Shown here in pieces: positions 1-13,800 of a stretch of DNA of 64,000 nt. Source of the stretch: Octopus vulgaris (taxonomy: Eukaryota). The DNA lies in NCBI GenBank assembly GCA_951406725.2, contig OX597822.1, positions 83,390,001-83,454,000 on the forward strand, written 5' to 3'. Every line of letters starts with the position of its first letter. The first letter of the stretch is position 1. The notes beneath the pieces were generated by a model. It saw nothing but the letters and a program-made list of their open reading frames with translations, was not told the origin of the DNA and ran no database searches. The position numbers were made by a program, and so were the translations under genes.

Positions 1-636
1 CCCCCTCAGCCTTCTGGACAATCTTAGAGATGTGGTTTGTCCAACGCAGATCATTGTTTAGATAATGCCCAGATCACGTCCGCTAGAAGACTTCTTGAGA
101 TTGAAGTTGCTGAGGGAGTATGTAAAGGCTGGATTTTTCTTCCCAAAGTGCATGGTGACGCACTTGTCCACAGTTAGGTTGAGTTGCCAGCCAGAGATAC
201 ATTGCTGCATTATATCCAGGTCTGATTGCAGAAAAGATCAATAGCGCATAAGATATATTCTTTTTATTTCGAGGTACAGCTTGATGTCATCTGCATATGT
301 CAGCAATGTAACATTCCGCAAATTGGCATCTATATCATTAATATATTCAACAAAGAGTAGGGGTACAAGAACGGATCCCTGTGGTATACCAGAAGTCATT
401 TCGTAGTGTGAAGAAGGATATCCTAGAACCGTAAGTACCTCTTTCCAACTGAGAATGAAGGACTTCAGCCAGTTATAGAGATCATCCATCATACCTATTG
501 CAGAAAGGTTTACTATATGTAATTTGTGCGGTACAGAGTTGAAGACTGTAGCAAAATCAAGGTAGATAGCATCCATCCATGAGCTGCCATCAACAACTTG
601 AGTGATGTCCTCATAACATGTTTTGTACTCATAGCG
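1..636 (-). mobile_element. Decayed non-LTR retrotransposon reverse transcriptase fragment (CR1/L2-type)
   Basis: ORF 238..639 has DAIYLDF...SGIPQGSVLVPLLFVEYIND...TYADDIKLY. A shifted frame continues LQSDLD...WQLNLTVDKC...RDLGI...LRWTNHISKIV. Confidence 0.9.
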
Positions 637-1866
637 CAATAAAGAGACGAAAAAAATTTTCCACGACAGCCTATCCGCGGCTCTAACGTTCCCTACCTCT
701 GTCTTTCACTCTGAACTGCTACTTTACTGACCATGGAACAATGGAAGTTAAAGTCGACATCGGGGGCATTGGAACTAAGAAAGCAATGAACCAGAATTGG
801 TATCGCTATGAAGTTTTTCGTTCGTTCGAATGACTTTTCCAGTATTGTCCTTGTAAAACCGAATATTTTGTTTACAATGGCAATTGGTAATTTTTGGTTA
901 TCCCAACCCCATTAAAAATTGGGTTATCTACCTCGTTTTTTGAAACATATCGGTACTTTTGGTTATTTCGCCAACTAAAAAAATTGTTTAACCCTCAATA
1001 AATCAAAGAAAAAAATTTAAAAATGAATGAAAATGAAAACGGAAAAAAATCTAAAGGAAAACTGTAAAGATTAAGCATCTTACTGAATCTGATAACATTT
1101 TTATAACAAATCCTACAATTGCTATTGAGAGGGCCAAACGTCAACAATATGTTGAAGTATTGAATCAAAAGGATCTAAACCGTTTTAATCTAATCTCTTG
1201 TCACCACATAAACTCAGCTCTTTAGTGGGGAGACAACGCAGTTTTTTAATGGCAATTTTAATGGGGGTGAGACAACTAAAAAGTACTGGGCAGTTCTATA
1301 ACGATGGTGTATAAGCAATTCTGATCAGCGTTGCACTGAGGCACGCTTATATGACGATTTTCACTTACGTAAATCACTTAAATTTGAATAAGAATTGCGG
1401 AGGAAATGTATTTCATTTTTGATTTTGTAAAATAAGAATCATGTAATTGTATCGTAAAACAAAAAAACATAAATAATATTATAAAGTCAAAACAAAAACA
1501 TTGATACGTAATTTCAATATTTCGTGATGTCAGATTTTTGCGTCAGGAATTACAAACACAGGATTTTGTACAGTATTTTTAATATTTTTTTAATGCATGG
1601 TTCCACGTATTATTATATTGTGTTAAATCTTGCAAGTTTTAAATTCCCTGTGTGTTGGATTGCAATTCTTAGCCCTTCTCTTCTTTTCAACAAAAACATA
1701 GTTTTCTTCATAAACACATTTCTTTGTGATATCTCTTTGTAGCATCCCTTTTGTAATGTCGAAGTTTGTTATTTTGTTATGGAAAGGCAGGTATGAGTTA
1801 AGGAGATGTGGGAAGGCCACAAAGGTACTGCATGAGGCGATCACATGTCAAGGTATTTATATATAC

Positions 1867-1903
<37 letters not shown>

Positions 1904-1949
1904 CAGATATACACGCATGTAGGCATTTGTGAGACATATGTATATATAT

Positions 1950-2128
1950 ATACCGGAGTAAACACATAAATGTGAAACAATGTGGAAAAAAGAGTACTCA
2001 AATACCAGTGGTAGAGTAATATGCTTTATTTAAAGCAGCAGAAAATTCAACAAAACCTGTTACTCTGAGTTTCGCGAAACTCAGAGTAACAGGTTTTGTT
2101 GAATTTTCTACTGCTTTAAATAAAGTAT
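1950..2128 (-). mobile_element. Penelope-like terminal fragment ending in a 108-bp fold-back palindrome, between (TA)n tracts
   Basis: 2021-2074 is the reverse complement of 2075-2128 with 2 mismatches and no loop. It contains GAAAC-TCAGA-GTA (hammerhead-like 3' half) and AATAAA. Confidence 0.55.
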
Positions 2129-2324
2129 ATATATATATATATGATTAATGAAAAAAATGGCAGATAGAATTCTAGGGTGATTATAAGATGTATCTCGTTA
2201 GAATAACGACTGATCCGCAAGATGTCTCCTCGGTTTGTATATAGAAAAGCAGTAAATTAAAGGATACAGCTTCAATTTTATATCAGATCAATATTGAATA
2301 TCATGCAAAAGTAACGAATACCCA

Positions 2325-2470
2325 TACGTATGTATGTATGTATGTATGTATGTATGTATGTATGTATGTATGTATGTATGTATGTATGTATGTATGTATG
2401 TATGTATGTATGTATATATGTATGTATGTATGTACGTATGCATGTATATGTGTGTGTATGTATGTGTGCA
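2325..2470. repeat. (TATG)n microsatellite, representative of dozens of TA/CA/TATG/TATC tracts in the window
   Basis: Directly visible. Source of the spurious MYVC/HTYI ORFs. Confidence 0.98.
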
Positions 2471-2479
2471 TATTCTGCC

Positions 2480-3700
2480 CTTCAAAGAATCGGAAGAAGC
2501 GTATAAATCATGACCAAAAATCCAAGAAATCTTGTGGACCAGAGTGGGAGACTTAACTGAACGAAGAAGCCATCGATAAGAATGATTCAACGCAGCATGA
2601 TCAGTCCATCTGATGTTGAGTTTATTGACCTCTTGCATCTATCTTCAGGTGTTCTTGCTCCTGATACAGTGAATAAAAGACATATTGGATTTGGAAGAAA
2701 TTAGTGTGAACAGGTTTACCTCCTTTTGTATATAAAGCCTGCAATGCGAAATTGATGGTTTCTTCGACTTAATCTTGAATCAGCATCATGCAATATTAAA
2801 AAGACGAAAATGGTGGTTACAAAAGGAAATGGTGTGCCATTGGAGGCGAACAACAAACTGCCTGGCAGATTAAGTTTCATTATCAAAGTGCAGAATACTG
2901 ACTTTCACACCTCGACTTGCAGTCTTTGTACTTTAGAAATAACTTTTGCCATAAGAAAAAGTATCCCAGATAAGACCACCAAGGAGTCATTTATGAACCA
3001 CCAAGTGTCTGCAGTAGATATCAATGTAGCAGATTTAATTCTGCAAGAAATATATGTTGTTGCAGATATAAGGACCATGCTGCAATACTCGCCCTCTGCA
3101 CCTGCGAACTTCTATCTTTTCGACGAATTTCTTTTACAGAATGTATTAAATGTACTTAATTGCCAAGGTGCAAGAGAGATTCCCTTTCTAAGATATACCT
3201 GCTCAACCATAAATACCAAGCATAAAGAAGGAGGTTGTCTACTTGCAGAGGAATACAAAACATCAAAATCCAACCAGATATTACAAACTCGGAGCAAATG
3301 ATTCAATTGAAGTATTTTGTCAGTGCAGACTAGTACGCTAAAAAACTCGCAAAGAATCTTTTTTTTTTTGAGCACCAATTTAATGGATGTCTGGATTGCC
3401 AAACATATATGCACGAGAATGTAACTTTGTACTCAACACACCAGGAAAGAGTGTCCAGCATCTTAGGGAAACATAGAATGGCGAACGGGGTAATTAAATC
3501 GAACCTTATTATGAAGAACTAGATATTTGGTTATCTTGGCACGCAAAACATGCTCAGAAATATAATAGTCATCAGCAGCAAATATCAACAGAAGTTTATA
3601 GCATCACTTCATATATATATAAAATGTTAAATGATATGACTTTCACTGCTTTCACATCTACTATTAACTCTTTGTAGAAATTATATTAGAGAAAAGAAGG
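2480..3700 (+). mobile_element. Highly decayed DNA transposon relic, Academ-like (PIN/XPG-type segment)
   Basis: LHLSSGVLAPDTV and ORF 2810..3301 (KLPGRL...DKTTKES). EELDIWLSWHAKHA at about 3514-3555 resembles the EEADTRxxLHA motif. Many stops. Confidence 0.45.
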
Positions 3701-5654
3701 TAGCGTAAGATTATATGGTTATATCGAATCGCTGCACTTATAACAGAATTATAAAAGAAGAGAAATATAAAATATCGAAGACATATAGCTACATTATGGG
3801 TAGACTGTCTGGGAATCTTTCTTGATATCGTATACGTGTACAACGAGTCAAAATCTAAGCACTAGAAACTGATATTTGAAAAGTTTGCAAATAAACCGTC
3901 GAGAGGTGATAACAAGACATTAGAACGATAGCTTCTCTAGACTGCTGGAAACCGATTATTATACTCCTTCACATATCACAACGTTTTGAGAAATGAATAG
4001 ACTTATTATAAAAACATTCAGCATGTGTTGTTTCGGAACGATTCGAAGATGTTGGATATTACCCAATATTTTTCAGATATTGGTATGATATTTAGCGAAT
4101 TTAGTATATACTTTTATAATAGTAGGAAGAGGAAGATTTGTGTTCTGACATGAAAATCAAAAGTATCTTGGACAAGATGGGACTGTGAGCTTTTATGGTG
4201 ACTTTTACAAGAGTGAAGCCAACCTTTAATGAAGTATAAAAACAATAGACTCATTACAGCTGCCAGAGTACAACACGCATATTGAGTGCAACACATTTTC
4301 ACTGTTATTTCTGACTTTCGAATTTGGCTTTAGGAATGAACTTCGAATTGAAATTCAGAAAATACATCCCAGTTTTAACAGAAATTATTACATTTTGAAC
4401 AGAATATACAAGGAGTGTATTCCCCACGAAAGTGGTTTGTGAAATTAAATTTAAAGTATTACTGAGATATACTAATGTGATCCACGACAATTAACCAAAC
4501 CAACAATCTGTGGCTGGTGTAACACGATTGGAAAATAATCATACAATAGTCATGTAGAAAAAATCTTTGTCTTCTATCTACCATCGGCTGGAGGCAAATG
4601 GAAATGGAGGTGTCGAGCGCCTGTCTCATCATTTTGGGATTACTGACAAAAAATATACATATAAATATATAGAGCTCAATTAGAAAAATCTAGGATATCG
4701 AATCGCTCGAAGGCTTGTCGCTGACTGATCATTTAATCGGTCGATCATGTGAAACTACTGTGGCTTTGTTATGATGTCTATCCGGCTATCTAGCAATGCG
4801 GTTCTGAATCCGTTGCAACGTCGTAGTAACATGAGCAACTGAGACATGAGGTCAAGATCTCTCCTGATGACACTTAATATCGTTTAGATAGCAAATGTAT
4901 TTTAGTAGACCGGAGAGAAAAAACACTTAGAACTGGCCTTCAAATAAGAAACATTTAAAAGTTCTAACACCTCAAGAAAAGCAAAAATTAAACCAGTTTA
5001 CTAAGGAGATTTCCATGGGTACATAAACCAAGTGTGTCGACCATTGTAAGTAAATACGGCACTGAAAGTTTAACATGGAATGGCGATACGTTTCAATGTA
5101 TATACATGTATCTATGTGTATATATATACATACGTATGTAAGTACGTACGTACATGCATACATACATACATACATACACATACATACATACATACATACA
5201 TACATACATACATACATACGCTGGGGTACTGGGATATGTAACACACTGCCTAAATCTCAATCTTGAGAAATTAGGCTTTTCAAAACCAGAAAGGAGAAAG
5301 CTGATTCGAAGACTACAGATCCAATCCATCACTGGAACTGTAAAAATATCTATAACACTTTTCAGAAGTTTATCATGTAAGTATATATGCACATATCTAG
5401 ATATGCAAAACACACAAATCTGCGCATGTACATACACGCAAAAATAACCTGTTGATGTTGAAATTCCAATGAAGGAGCATTGGATCTAGGTTAGAAACCG
5501 GTTCTTTCTCTATTGGCAAGAAATATTGAAATAAATCTGAATAATGATATACTTACACACAGACAGACACAAAAACACATAGACACACAGACACACAGAC
5601 ACACAGACACACACACATATTATCTATGTATTTATGTGTGTATGTGTGTGTTTA

Positions 5655-5789
<135 letters not shown>

Positions 5790-6619
5790 AATGGTCAGGC
5801 CATAGCTATTTTTCAAAAGAGAACTGGCGAGAACTCATACATAACGCGTGCATGCGAGCACACACATACACATATTCATTGCAAAATATAAAATTCTAAA
5901 TGTAAATTAATGTTTTTCTCTTCAAAAGTAACGCAGGAGAAACAAACTACGTTTAACAATTTAGAATTAATAATATCGAAAACAGCTAGATTTTTGAAAG
6001 TATATTTTTTCTCACTTAAAATATGCACGTTGTGATTGATTAAAGACTCCGAAACAGACAATGCTAATACTTTTAAAATATGCCATCGATTTCATCATAT
6101 TTGCCAGACTGCCATAAAATAACGAGTCTGTCTTATATACAAGTTTATCAATTCTATTAAAGGGCAAATTGAAAACAGCGCTCTAAGTCGTTTGTTATAT
6201 TTTGTCATTGGAAGGATAAAAGCAAAAACGTTCTTTGAAATATTTCAAATGAGACCGTAAAGCATAAACAAGTTCTACAGAATATTTTCTCTGGCGCTTA
6301 ATACTGTTTCCTCTAACCCAACACATTGATTTTAGTCTTTATAGTATGCTGCGTATACCCTGAAATACAAAATTCGACCAAAAATAGCGATTTCTAAAAT
6401 TTTCAATTGCGTTGCGGGGCTCGAATAAAATGTTTATACACCTTTCTTTTAACCCTAATTCGCATCAAAATATCGATTCTTGGTTACCTGTTTCGAAAGT
6501 TGCATTTTTTGTTCCATTCCCTTATACACTAAGCAAAGCTAAAACTATAAAGAGATGCAATTTTGTTTAACAGTAAGTTAGGAGCACAGTTTATACACAA
6601 GTATGTAGTGGTTAACGTT

Positions 6620-6743
6620 AACGTCCTGGCGCAGGACCGTCGTGCGTGGGCTGCCATGGTTCGAGATGCCTCGAGAGTGGTAGAAGAAGCCGACTCAACC
6701 CGCCCGGGGTGAATGTCACCACAAGTACAAGTACAAGTAAGTA
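6620..6743 (+). mobile_element. RTE-clade LINE 3' end
   Basis: LAQDRRAWAAMVRDA...STRPG* followed by a (CAAGTA)n tail. Confidence 0.75.
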
Positions 6744-7040
6744 CATGTATGTACGGTAGTCATCTTAGTATTACAGTATAGTAGTTGTAGTATAGTCAAC
6801 TAATGTTAATATTCACAGAAAATGGAAATTAAAAATAGAAAAAAATTAATTACAAGGGTCACTGCCAAAATGGACACCGAAGCGTTAAATGTGTTTGTAG
6901 TAAAAGCCAAACATCTTTCAAATGGCAGCCTGCCTTCTTCGAAAAGGAAGGATAGATGAACAGCATCAACAACAAGTTTTATAATAAAGACAAGGAAATA
7001 TATGATTTTAACTTATTAGAATAACCTTATCAACTATAAA

Positions 7041-7661
7041 TTCTTTTTCTACTCTAGGCACAAGACCCAAAATCTTTGGTGGGTGGGTGTGAACCAGTCG
7101 ATTTGACCGACCCCAGTACGTAACTGGTACTTAATTTATCGACTCCGAAAGGATGAAAGGCAAAGACGACCTGGGCGGAATTTGAACTCAGAACGTAAAG
7201 ACAGACGAAATACCTATTTCTTTACTACCCACAAGGGGCTAAACACAGAGGGGACAAACAAGGACAGACAAACGGATTAAGTCGATTACATCGACCCCGG
7301 TACAAAACTGGTAATTAATTTATCGACCCCGAAAGGATGAAAGGCAAAGTCAACCTCGGCGGAATTTGAACTCAGAACGTAATGGCAGACGAAATACGGC
7401 TACGCATTTCGCCCGGCGTGCTATCGTTTCTTATTTCTTTATTGCCCACAAGGGGCTAAACATAGAGGGGACAAACAAGGACAAAGAAAGGGATTAAGTC
7501 GATTACATCGATCCCAGTGCGTAACTGGTACTTTATTTATAGACCCCGAAAGGATGAAAGGCAAAGTCGACCTCGGCGGAATTTGAACTCAGAACGTAAC
7601 GGCAGACGCAATACCGCTCAGCATTTGGCCCGGTGTGTAAACGATTCTGCCAGCTCGCCGT
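7041..7661 (-). mobile_element. Trimeric tRNA-derived SINE (family B, Deu/Nin-like core) with target-site duplication
   Basis: Three units each carry GTTCAAATTCCGCC...GCCTTTCATCCTTTCGGGGTC (minus strand). Head is GGCGAGCTGGCAGAATCGTT. Direct repeat CTTATCAACTATAAA at 7026-7040 and 7662-7676. Confidence 0.9.
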
Positions 7662-10429
7662 CTTATCAACTATAAACTCTGTATTACTTGAAAGATTCAT
7701 AAATATCACGATTGAATCATAATTCTAGAAAATTCGAAGAGCAGAGAACGATTATTCCTGGAGGCGAATAAAAAATGAACAATTTAATGATGAAAATGAA
7801 ATATAAAGCGAAAACGAAATATCAAACGCCTAGAAAATGTAATAAAAAAAAGTGACAAGCAAATTCCTACCTCGTTAATAACCTGTACAATTTATTAAGC
7901 CGAATAGAGATTATAGAACCTGTATTGGTTAAAACTCTCAGGGCTGAAATTTAATATTAAAGTCTTGTTGTCCTTTGCATGAAATTAGAAACTAAACGTA
8001 AGAGAGGAACTTATATATAACTGCAGGATAAAGGTTGTCAGTGAAGGACTAATAAATCACACTATACATGACCGTAATCTAAATTAACACTTAATGGAAC
8101 AATGGCCATTGTACTATTCAATTTCACAATGCTACAAAGTTGATGTATTAGCCAAAAATATATTGTGAGAAGAATGGAATATGAAGAATCACAATAATAT
8201 ATGCTTTGGTAACAGGTAAAAAGGAAGACGTATAAATATCTAAACAAAACAAGACATGACATACAGATTGTACAGTAATGACAATGTACGCACACGCGCA
8301 CATACGTATGTGTGTATATTTGTATATGTACATATGTGTGGATATTTGTATATGTACATATGTGTGTATGTACGTATGAATGCATGTTCTCTTCTGTTTT
8401 TAATTATTTAAATTCTTCCCCTGAGGAAGAAGCTGGTTTCTAACAAAGATACAAATCTACATCACTGGAGTGTAGATAATAAAAATAGTGCCACATTTTA
8501 AACTTGAGAAAAGGCTTGCAAACTTTTACCGTTCCACTTATTGATTGCATTTCTAATAGGCGAGTTAGTTGTTGGATTTATTTTCCTAAAAAGCCTAGCT
8601 TATCCAAATTATCGCTTAGATATTTACCTACAAAATCAAGAGCACCAATTTATTATTAGTATAAATGTGAATTAAAAATCTGCATATAGAAGCTTGAAGT
8701 TTCGAAGCAGTTGTTCATAGTCACTCCCTTTCTGTCTGACTTTCAAAGAGATATTCACGTCAGCAGGACAGCTGACTTCTAAGACGTTCAGCATTATATA
8801 TATATATATATGTATATGTGTGTGTGCTTGATAGCAAGGTTATGAAGGAGAGCTTCTTGTTTTGTTCGTAATCCTTTAAATGTTAAGGAGGTCTTGCAGA
8901 TTTTTATAGTCCCCGGATGAATGCTACCGCAGTACAAGTAGCAAGGAAAGTATTCATAATTCTCAAGAAAGTTTCTTTCGTTAAAAAGAGATAGTTGGAG
9001 AAGAAGATACTGGACGGACGGGCCGGTTAAATTGTTCGTGTTTGGGCTTGATTCAGACCTCCAGGTAGACAAGAACAAGAAAGAGAATAGGGTGGCAGTT
9101 TCACGAGGAGGCAAACTGTCTGTGAAATGTTGGGTAGGGACAGTGAATGCTTGCATTACATCCGTCATCTACCACCAGCTTAACCTTTACGACATTCTCT
9201 GTTCCATAGCTGACCAAAATGGAACACTTTCCTGCTTTCTGTGAATGAGACATGCTCCGCTGGACAAACGATCGGCTTGCTGTCCACGCCTGCTGCGTGG
9301 AGGATTTTTATGGGTAATGATGCGCAGACATGCGCTGTGTCTATGATATCTCCAACGTTTCCTTGACGGTGAGCAGCTGTAGTTGGCTTTAGTTCGACAC
9401 GCTTTTCCGCAGCTCGTCTCCTTCAGAGAGTTGCATTCCTAGATCAAGCATAAAGCCAGACTGGACGCCTGGCACACAAAATGTTGTCAGGCGTTCACAG
9501 ACCTCTAGTCAGTCGAGCAATGTGGCCGGTGAAAGTTCCACTGACCACATGGTGTTATACAGAAGATTAATGGTGGGTAAGAGAGGTGACGCCTTCGGAG
9601 AAACTCTGGGCGTCGATGAAATTCAGCTGGTTGGTCTTTCCTTTCTTGGAGGTCATTCGGGCCGACGTCCATAAATAATTACAAGTGAAGTCCGGTCTGG
9701 CAGTAGTATGGTAAGGCATTGCTGGTTCGAGATAAATTCAACAGGTTTGGTTGTACCGTCATCCCCGTCTCTCCGAGATGCTTGCAGAGCGATCAAACCT
9801 CCTGCATAGGCATGTGTGGTGCTCGAGCCTTGCTGACTTGTGGAATCTTGTCGAATAACTGCTGTTTCGTATTGGACGGGTTTGGTTAACGGCCTACTTC
9901 CGCACGAAGATCGACTCACCGCCTTCCTATCGCTATGGCGGAAGAGGTTGTGAGCTGAGTGTTACTGAAAAGACTGTAGATGGACGTTTCCCCTCCGGCC
10001 AAGCCCTGATCGAAATTTTCGTAAACTTTTGTAAAGGAAAGTTAGAGTTGAGAGGGAGATACTCTTCCCAGAAAATCTGTTGAAAAATGGGTGAGTGGCG
10101 AAGATGAAACCTAACCAGTCGACTGTAGGCTTAGAAACACAGTGGTGATAGAAACTGTTGCCATGGTACTCTTGGTGAGAAGAATGACGTTCCATGGTTG
10201 CCGTTGGTTGACGTCTCCCAACAACTGAGGAATTTCGTTCTTAACATTTTCTCCTTCATTGTTATTGCTCTTATTTTTATATAAACTCTCACTGGTCTAT
10301 TTCTTTGCATTGTGTTTCAACGTACTTTATTGACAATAAGCAATTGTTATTACTAATATCATCATCGTCATCGTCGTCGTCGTCATCATCATCATCACTA
10401 TCATCATCATCATTATCATTATAATTGTT

Positions 10430-10775
10430 TAACATTTGGTAGTTTCACGCAAATATCTATTGCGTCGTCTCCTACACCTCCATGTTACTGGGGTTTCTCC
10501 AGCATTCTGAGTTCTTTTCTGTTTGTTGGAAGTATGCAAACTCCCCTCCGTATTTTATTGCGTCAGATTCTGTTTTTCTCTTGAGGTGTGGTACTGTCTT
10601 TTGTTGTATTACTGCTTGTATTGTGTGTTGAGTGTGTAATGCGTTGGTTATTTGGATTTCTGGTTGAAGTAAATTTCACTGGATAACTGCTGTATAGAGT
10701 GTGTCTTGTGTTTGTGAGTTGTTTTGTTTAGGTTGTATTATTGAATCGAAAGTGTCTTGCGTAGGATATGGACTT
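10430..10775 (-). mobile_element. 5'-truncated R4/Dong-type LINE 3' end
   Basis: Minus strand reads HILRKTLSIQ*, matching the C-terminus of the 45.2-kb Dong copy. Lies beside ATT/ATC-rich tracts. Confidence 0.6.
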
Positions 10776-13130
10776 ATTATTATTGTTACTTTATATATTG
10801 TTAATAATTTCTTCCATGATAGAATCCGTCAGCAATACTAACTTAAATAAAGATAGCTGAAGCTGAATAACACAATAACATTAATTTCAATTTGTATTAA
10901 TTTCTATATTTCACCTGTAATTTTTAGAAATAATTAACCACTCTAAAAACATTGTAAAATAATTAATATATAATCAATAGCTAGTTAATCAATGAAATGA
11001 AACAAATATTTGTCAGGAAACGCCGATAGAATATCGACTTACAATACTTTTTTCTAAAATTTAATGATTAAGCAATGATCCTGCAATGAATTAATTAATG
11101 AAAAATTGTTTTTATTTCATTGATGACTATATTTTCCTATTTCAATATTACTTTGGCATAGCCTCAACAGCATACTTTATTGATATTATTTTTCTAAGGA
11201 GAAAAGATCAAATGGAAACGTGTGCAATTAAAGGGAAACAGCTGTATTTTCATTATTGGTTGTGGGTGGCGTGTCTGTTTTATAGGTCGTAGTTATAGGA
11301 TGGGCACATCATTAGGTAATATATATGCAACAGGTGGTGAATAGTAGATGGATTTCATGGTCGGCGTTTCGTAGATTAATTTTCAGGAAAATAATTTGAA
11401 TGTAAAAAAAAATAGAAACAGTAGTGTTAGCAGTTAGTGTTGTTGTTCTTGATGTTAAGAGAAAGCGGAGAGATAAATAGAAGATGCAGGAGGGAGCGGA
11501 ATGGGAGAAGAAGGAGGGAGAGGAAGGGGAGAAGAAGGGGTAGACGAAGGAAAAAGAGAAAGGAGGGTGAGGAAGAAGAGTAGTAGACGATTGCTATTTT
11601 GTTGTGGTTTTTTGTTATCCCTTCCCCACTGTTATTAGAGAAAAGGAAAGAGTGTGGGAGAAAAAGTGTGTGTGTGTGTATGTGTGTGCACGTGCGCGTT
11701 AGAGACAAAGAGAGAGATGGTAGAAGTTGTTTTACTGTTGTTTTAAATTTATCATTATTGTAACTTTCTTTGGTCAATAGAAATTCTCCTTTCTTTTAGG
11801 CTTCATGTACCTTGTACAATTTCCTTATTTTAAGACAGTAGGGTATGGTTTGAAAGAAATTAGGTTGCTATCGGTAGTAGATAGAGCCTCTGTAGGCGAT
11901 AATATTTCTGTTACTGTTAAAGTTAAGAGAAAGAGAGATGCAGACAGAGGAAGTGACACAGAAGGAAATAGAGAGAGTGAGAGAGTTGACACATTAGGTG
12001 TGAATAGGGCAGAGAGCAAGGAAATGCCTCAGGTACAAACCATCAAGAATATAAAACACCAATATAAGGTTATTCGCTTTATGCTGGAAGTGAGGGATTT
12101 GCAAATGTTCCCCGGTGTGTCTTTAGTAATTCTTTAAAGAATGAATGAAGGGAGGAAAGGGGAAAGAAAAAGGGTTTGCGGATTTTCTTCTGCATTACGC
12201 ATTCAGATAGTTTCGTGATAGACTGCAAAGTATACGAAATGTCTTTTACAGCTAACAGAGTAATAAGAAAGTAAGTTAAATACATGCATGTATGTGTGTG
12301 TGTGCGTATACGTGATTACGTGACACACATATGCTTGCCATTCATTAAGTTATATATAGTACATACATACGTGTGTGTATACATATATATATATATATAT
12401 ACTTACATACACACATACATACATACATACATACATACATACATACATACATACATACATACATACATTATATATATATATATATATATATATATCACAA
12501 GATGATAATTCATGGCTGGTGGAAGTCGAAATATCAGATAGGATATTTGGGTTGTGCACACAGAGAAACCCAGCTCTGTGAGTATTTAGCGTCTAAGGGA
12601 ATTGTCCAAATCGCGGATTAGTTTGTTGGTATACTCTAGGGTGTCCGACAAGTGGTAAGTTCCCTTTGTGTATTATAGTCAAATGAATAAGAACAACCGA
12701 TGGATAATTGTCAGCTCATCACAGCTGTTTCTTTCGTAACTTTTAATAGAAGAAGAAAGAGAACATTACATCATTGTAAGAGACCATAATCGTTAGATGA
12801 AAATTAATTTTTACAAAGCAAAGAAATATCCCAAGAATACAGCCAGGTTGTGGTGACTAGAGTCTGTCGAGGCCAACTATGAAATAGGAGAACGAACAGC
12901 TATGTTGGCCGCTTAGGCTACGAAAAGGGAGTAATATGATACCCAAGATCATGGACCCGGGCGAGGAGTCTAAGTAGGCTGGTGTGGGGGTAGGAGATAA
13001 TTTATTATAGTAAGCTAGGCGTAGTGGTTAGTAAGGAGAGTTTATAAAACAATTAAGGATAAGGGCATCGTTTGTTGACCACTGAACTCAACACGTTTTT
13101 CTTTCATTCTCTATTTATTTCCTATTATTC

Positions 13131-13166
13131 CTTTCTGTCGAAGAGCGTAGGCTCGAAACGTAAAAG
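13131..13166 (+). ncRNA. Variant minimal hammerhead-like motif in a probable Penelope-like terminus
   Basis: cttt-CTGTCGA-A-gagc(gtag)gctc-GAAA-CG-TA-aaag. The core deviates from CUGANGA. Confidence 0.35.
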
Positions 13167-13271
13167 ACTTTTCCATTTTTCTCGAGCGTCAAACTAATAC
13201 ACTTGCTTATTGTTCCAACATCTGTCTTCGTCTTTGTTATTCTATAAATTTGAACAATATGTATGTATGTA

Positions 13272-13311
<40 letters not shown>

Positions 13312-13317
13312 TGTGTT

Positions 13318-13800
13318 CGTAGTAAGCATCCGTCGATCTCAAAAGGCCGTGGATCTGCGCCCGAAGAAATCGTGTCAGCTACTGATGGTGGTGCAGCGTC
13401 TGTTGTGGCCGCACAGACCCACACAGAAGTGGCAGTCATACATACATAGACTGCAGGAGCTCTCTGCCGGTGCCACTGGTTTCTCCTTCCGTCGAGTGCG
13501 TTTTTCTTTGGTGGCGAGTTCCTGTTTTCCTTTCGCTTGCTTCCCCCCTTTCCGCTTGTTTCGTCCGCTTCCGCTTGCTTCCTCCATTTCCGCTTGCTTC
13601 CTCCACTTCTGCTGGCTTCCTCCTCTTCCACTTGCTTCCTCCCTTTCGCAGTATTTGCCTCCAGTGTGCGCGATCATTTGCAGCCTCCCCTCACCTCAGG
13701 ACGCCCAGATCAAGTGACTTCGTATCCCTCTTACAGACATCCTTGAAACAAAGATGATGTCATCCTCGTGCTCTTGTGCCGGTGACCAGTTCCCCAGATA
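13318..13800 (-). mobile_element. RTE-clade LINE 3' fragment with internal short tandem duplications
   Basis: GELVTGTRARG*HHLCFKDVCKRD, then C-terminal KRTRRK...CSLCMYDCHFCVGLCGHNRRC. GAAGCAAGCGG repeats internally. Confidence 0.7.

Noticed and set aside
4860-4920. CTGATGA followed by a loose hairpin
   Set aside because: No GAAA box. Too decayed to call a hammerhead.
5460-5515. CCAATGA...GAAACCGGTT motif in a small repeat
   Set aside because: Core and stem I do not fit a hammerhead.
7041-7661. Repeat-spacer-like periodicity resembling CRISPR or a tRNA cluster
   Set aside because: Units are ~200-bp SINEs in eukaryotic DNA, with no unique spacers, no cas genes and no full cloverleaf.
8800-10260. 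GC-richer block with short ORFs
   Set aside because: Probably a decayed repeat, but no motif could be recognised.
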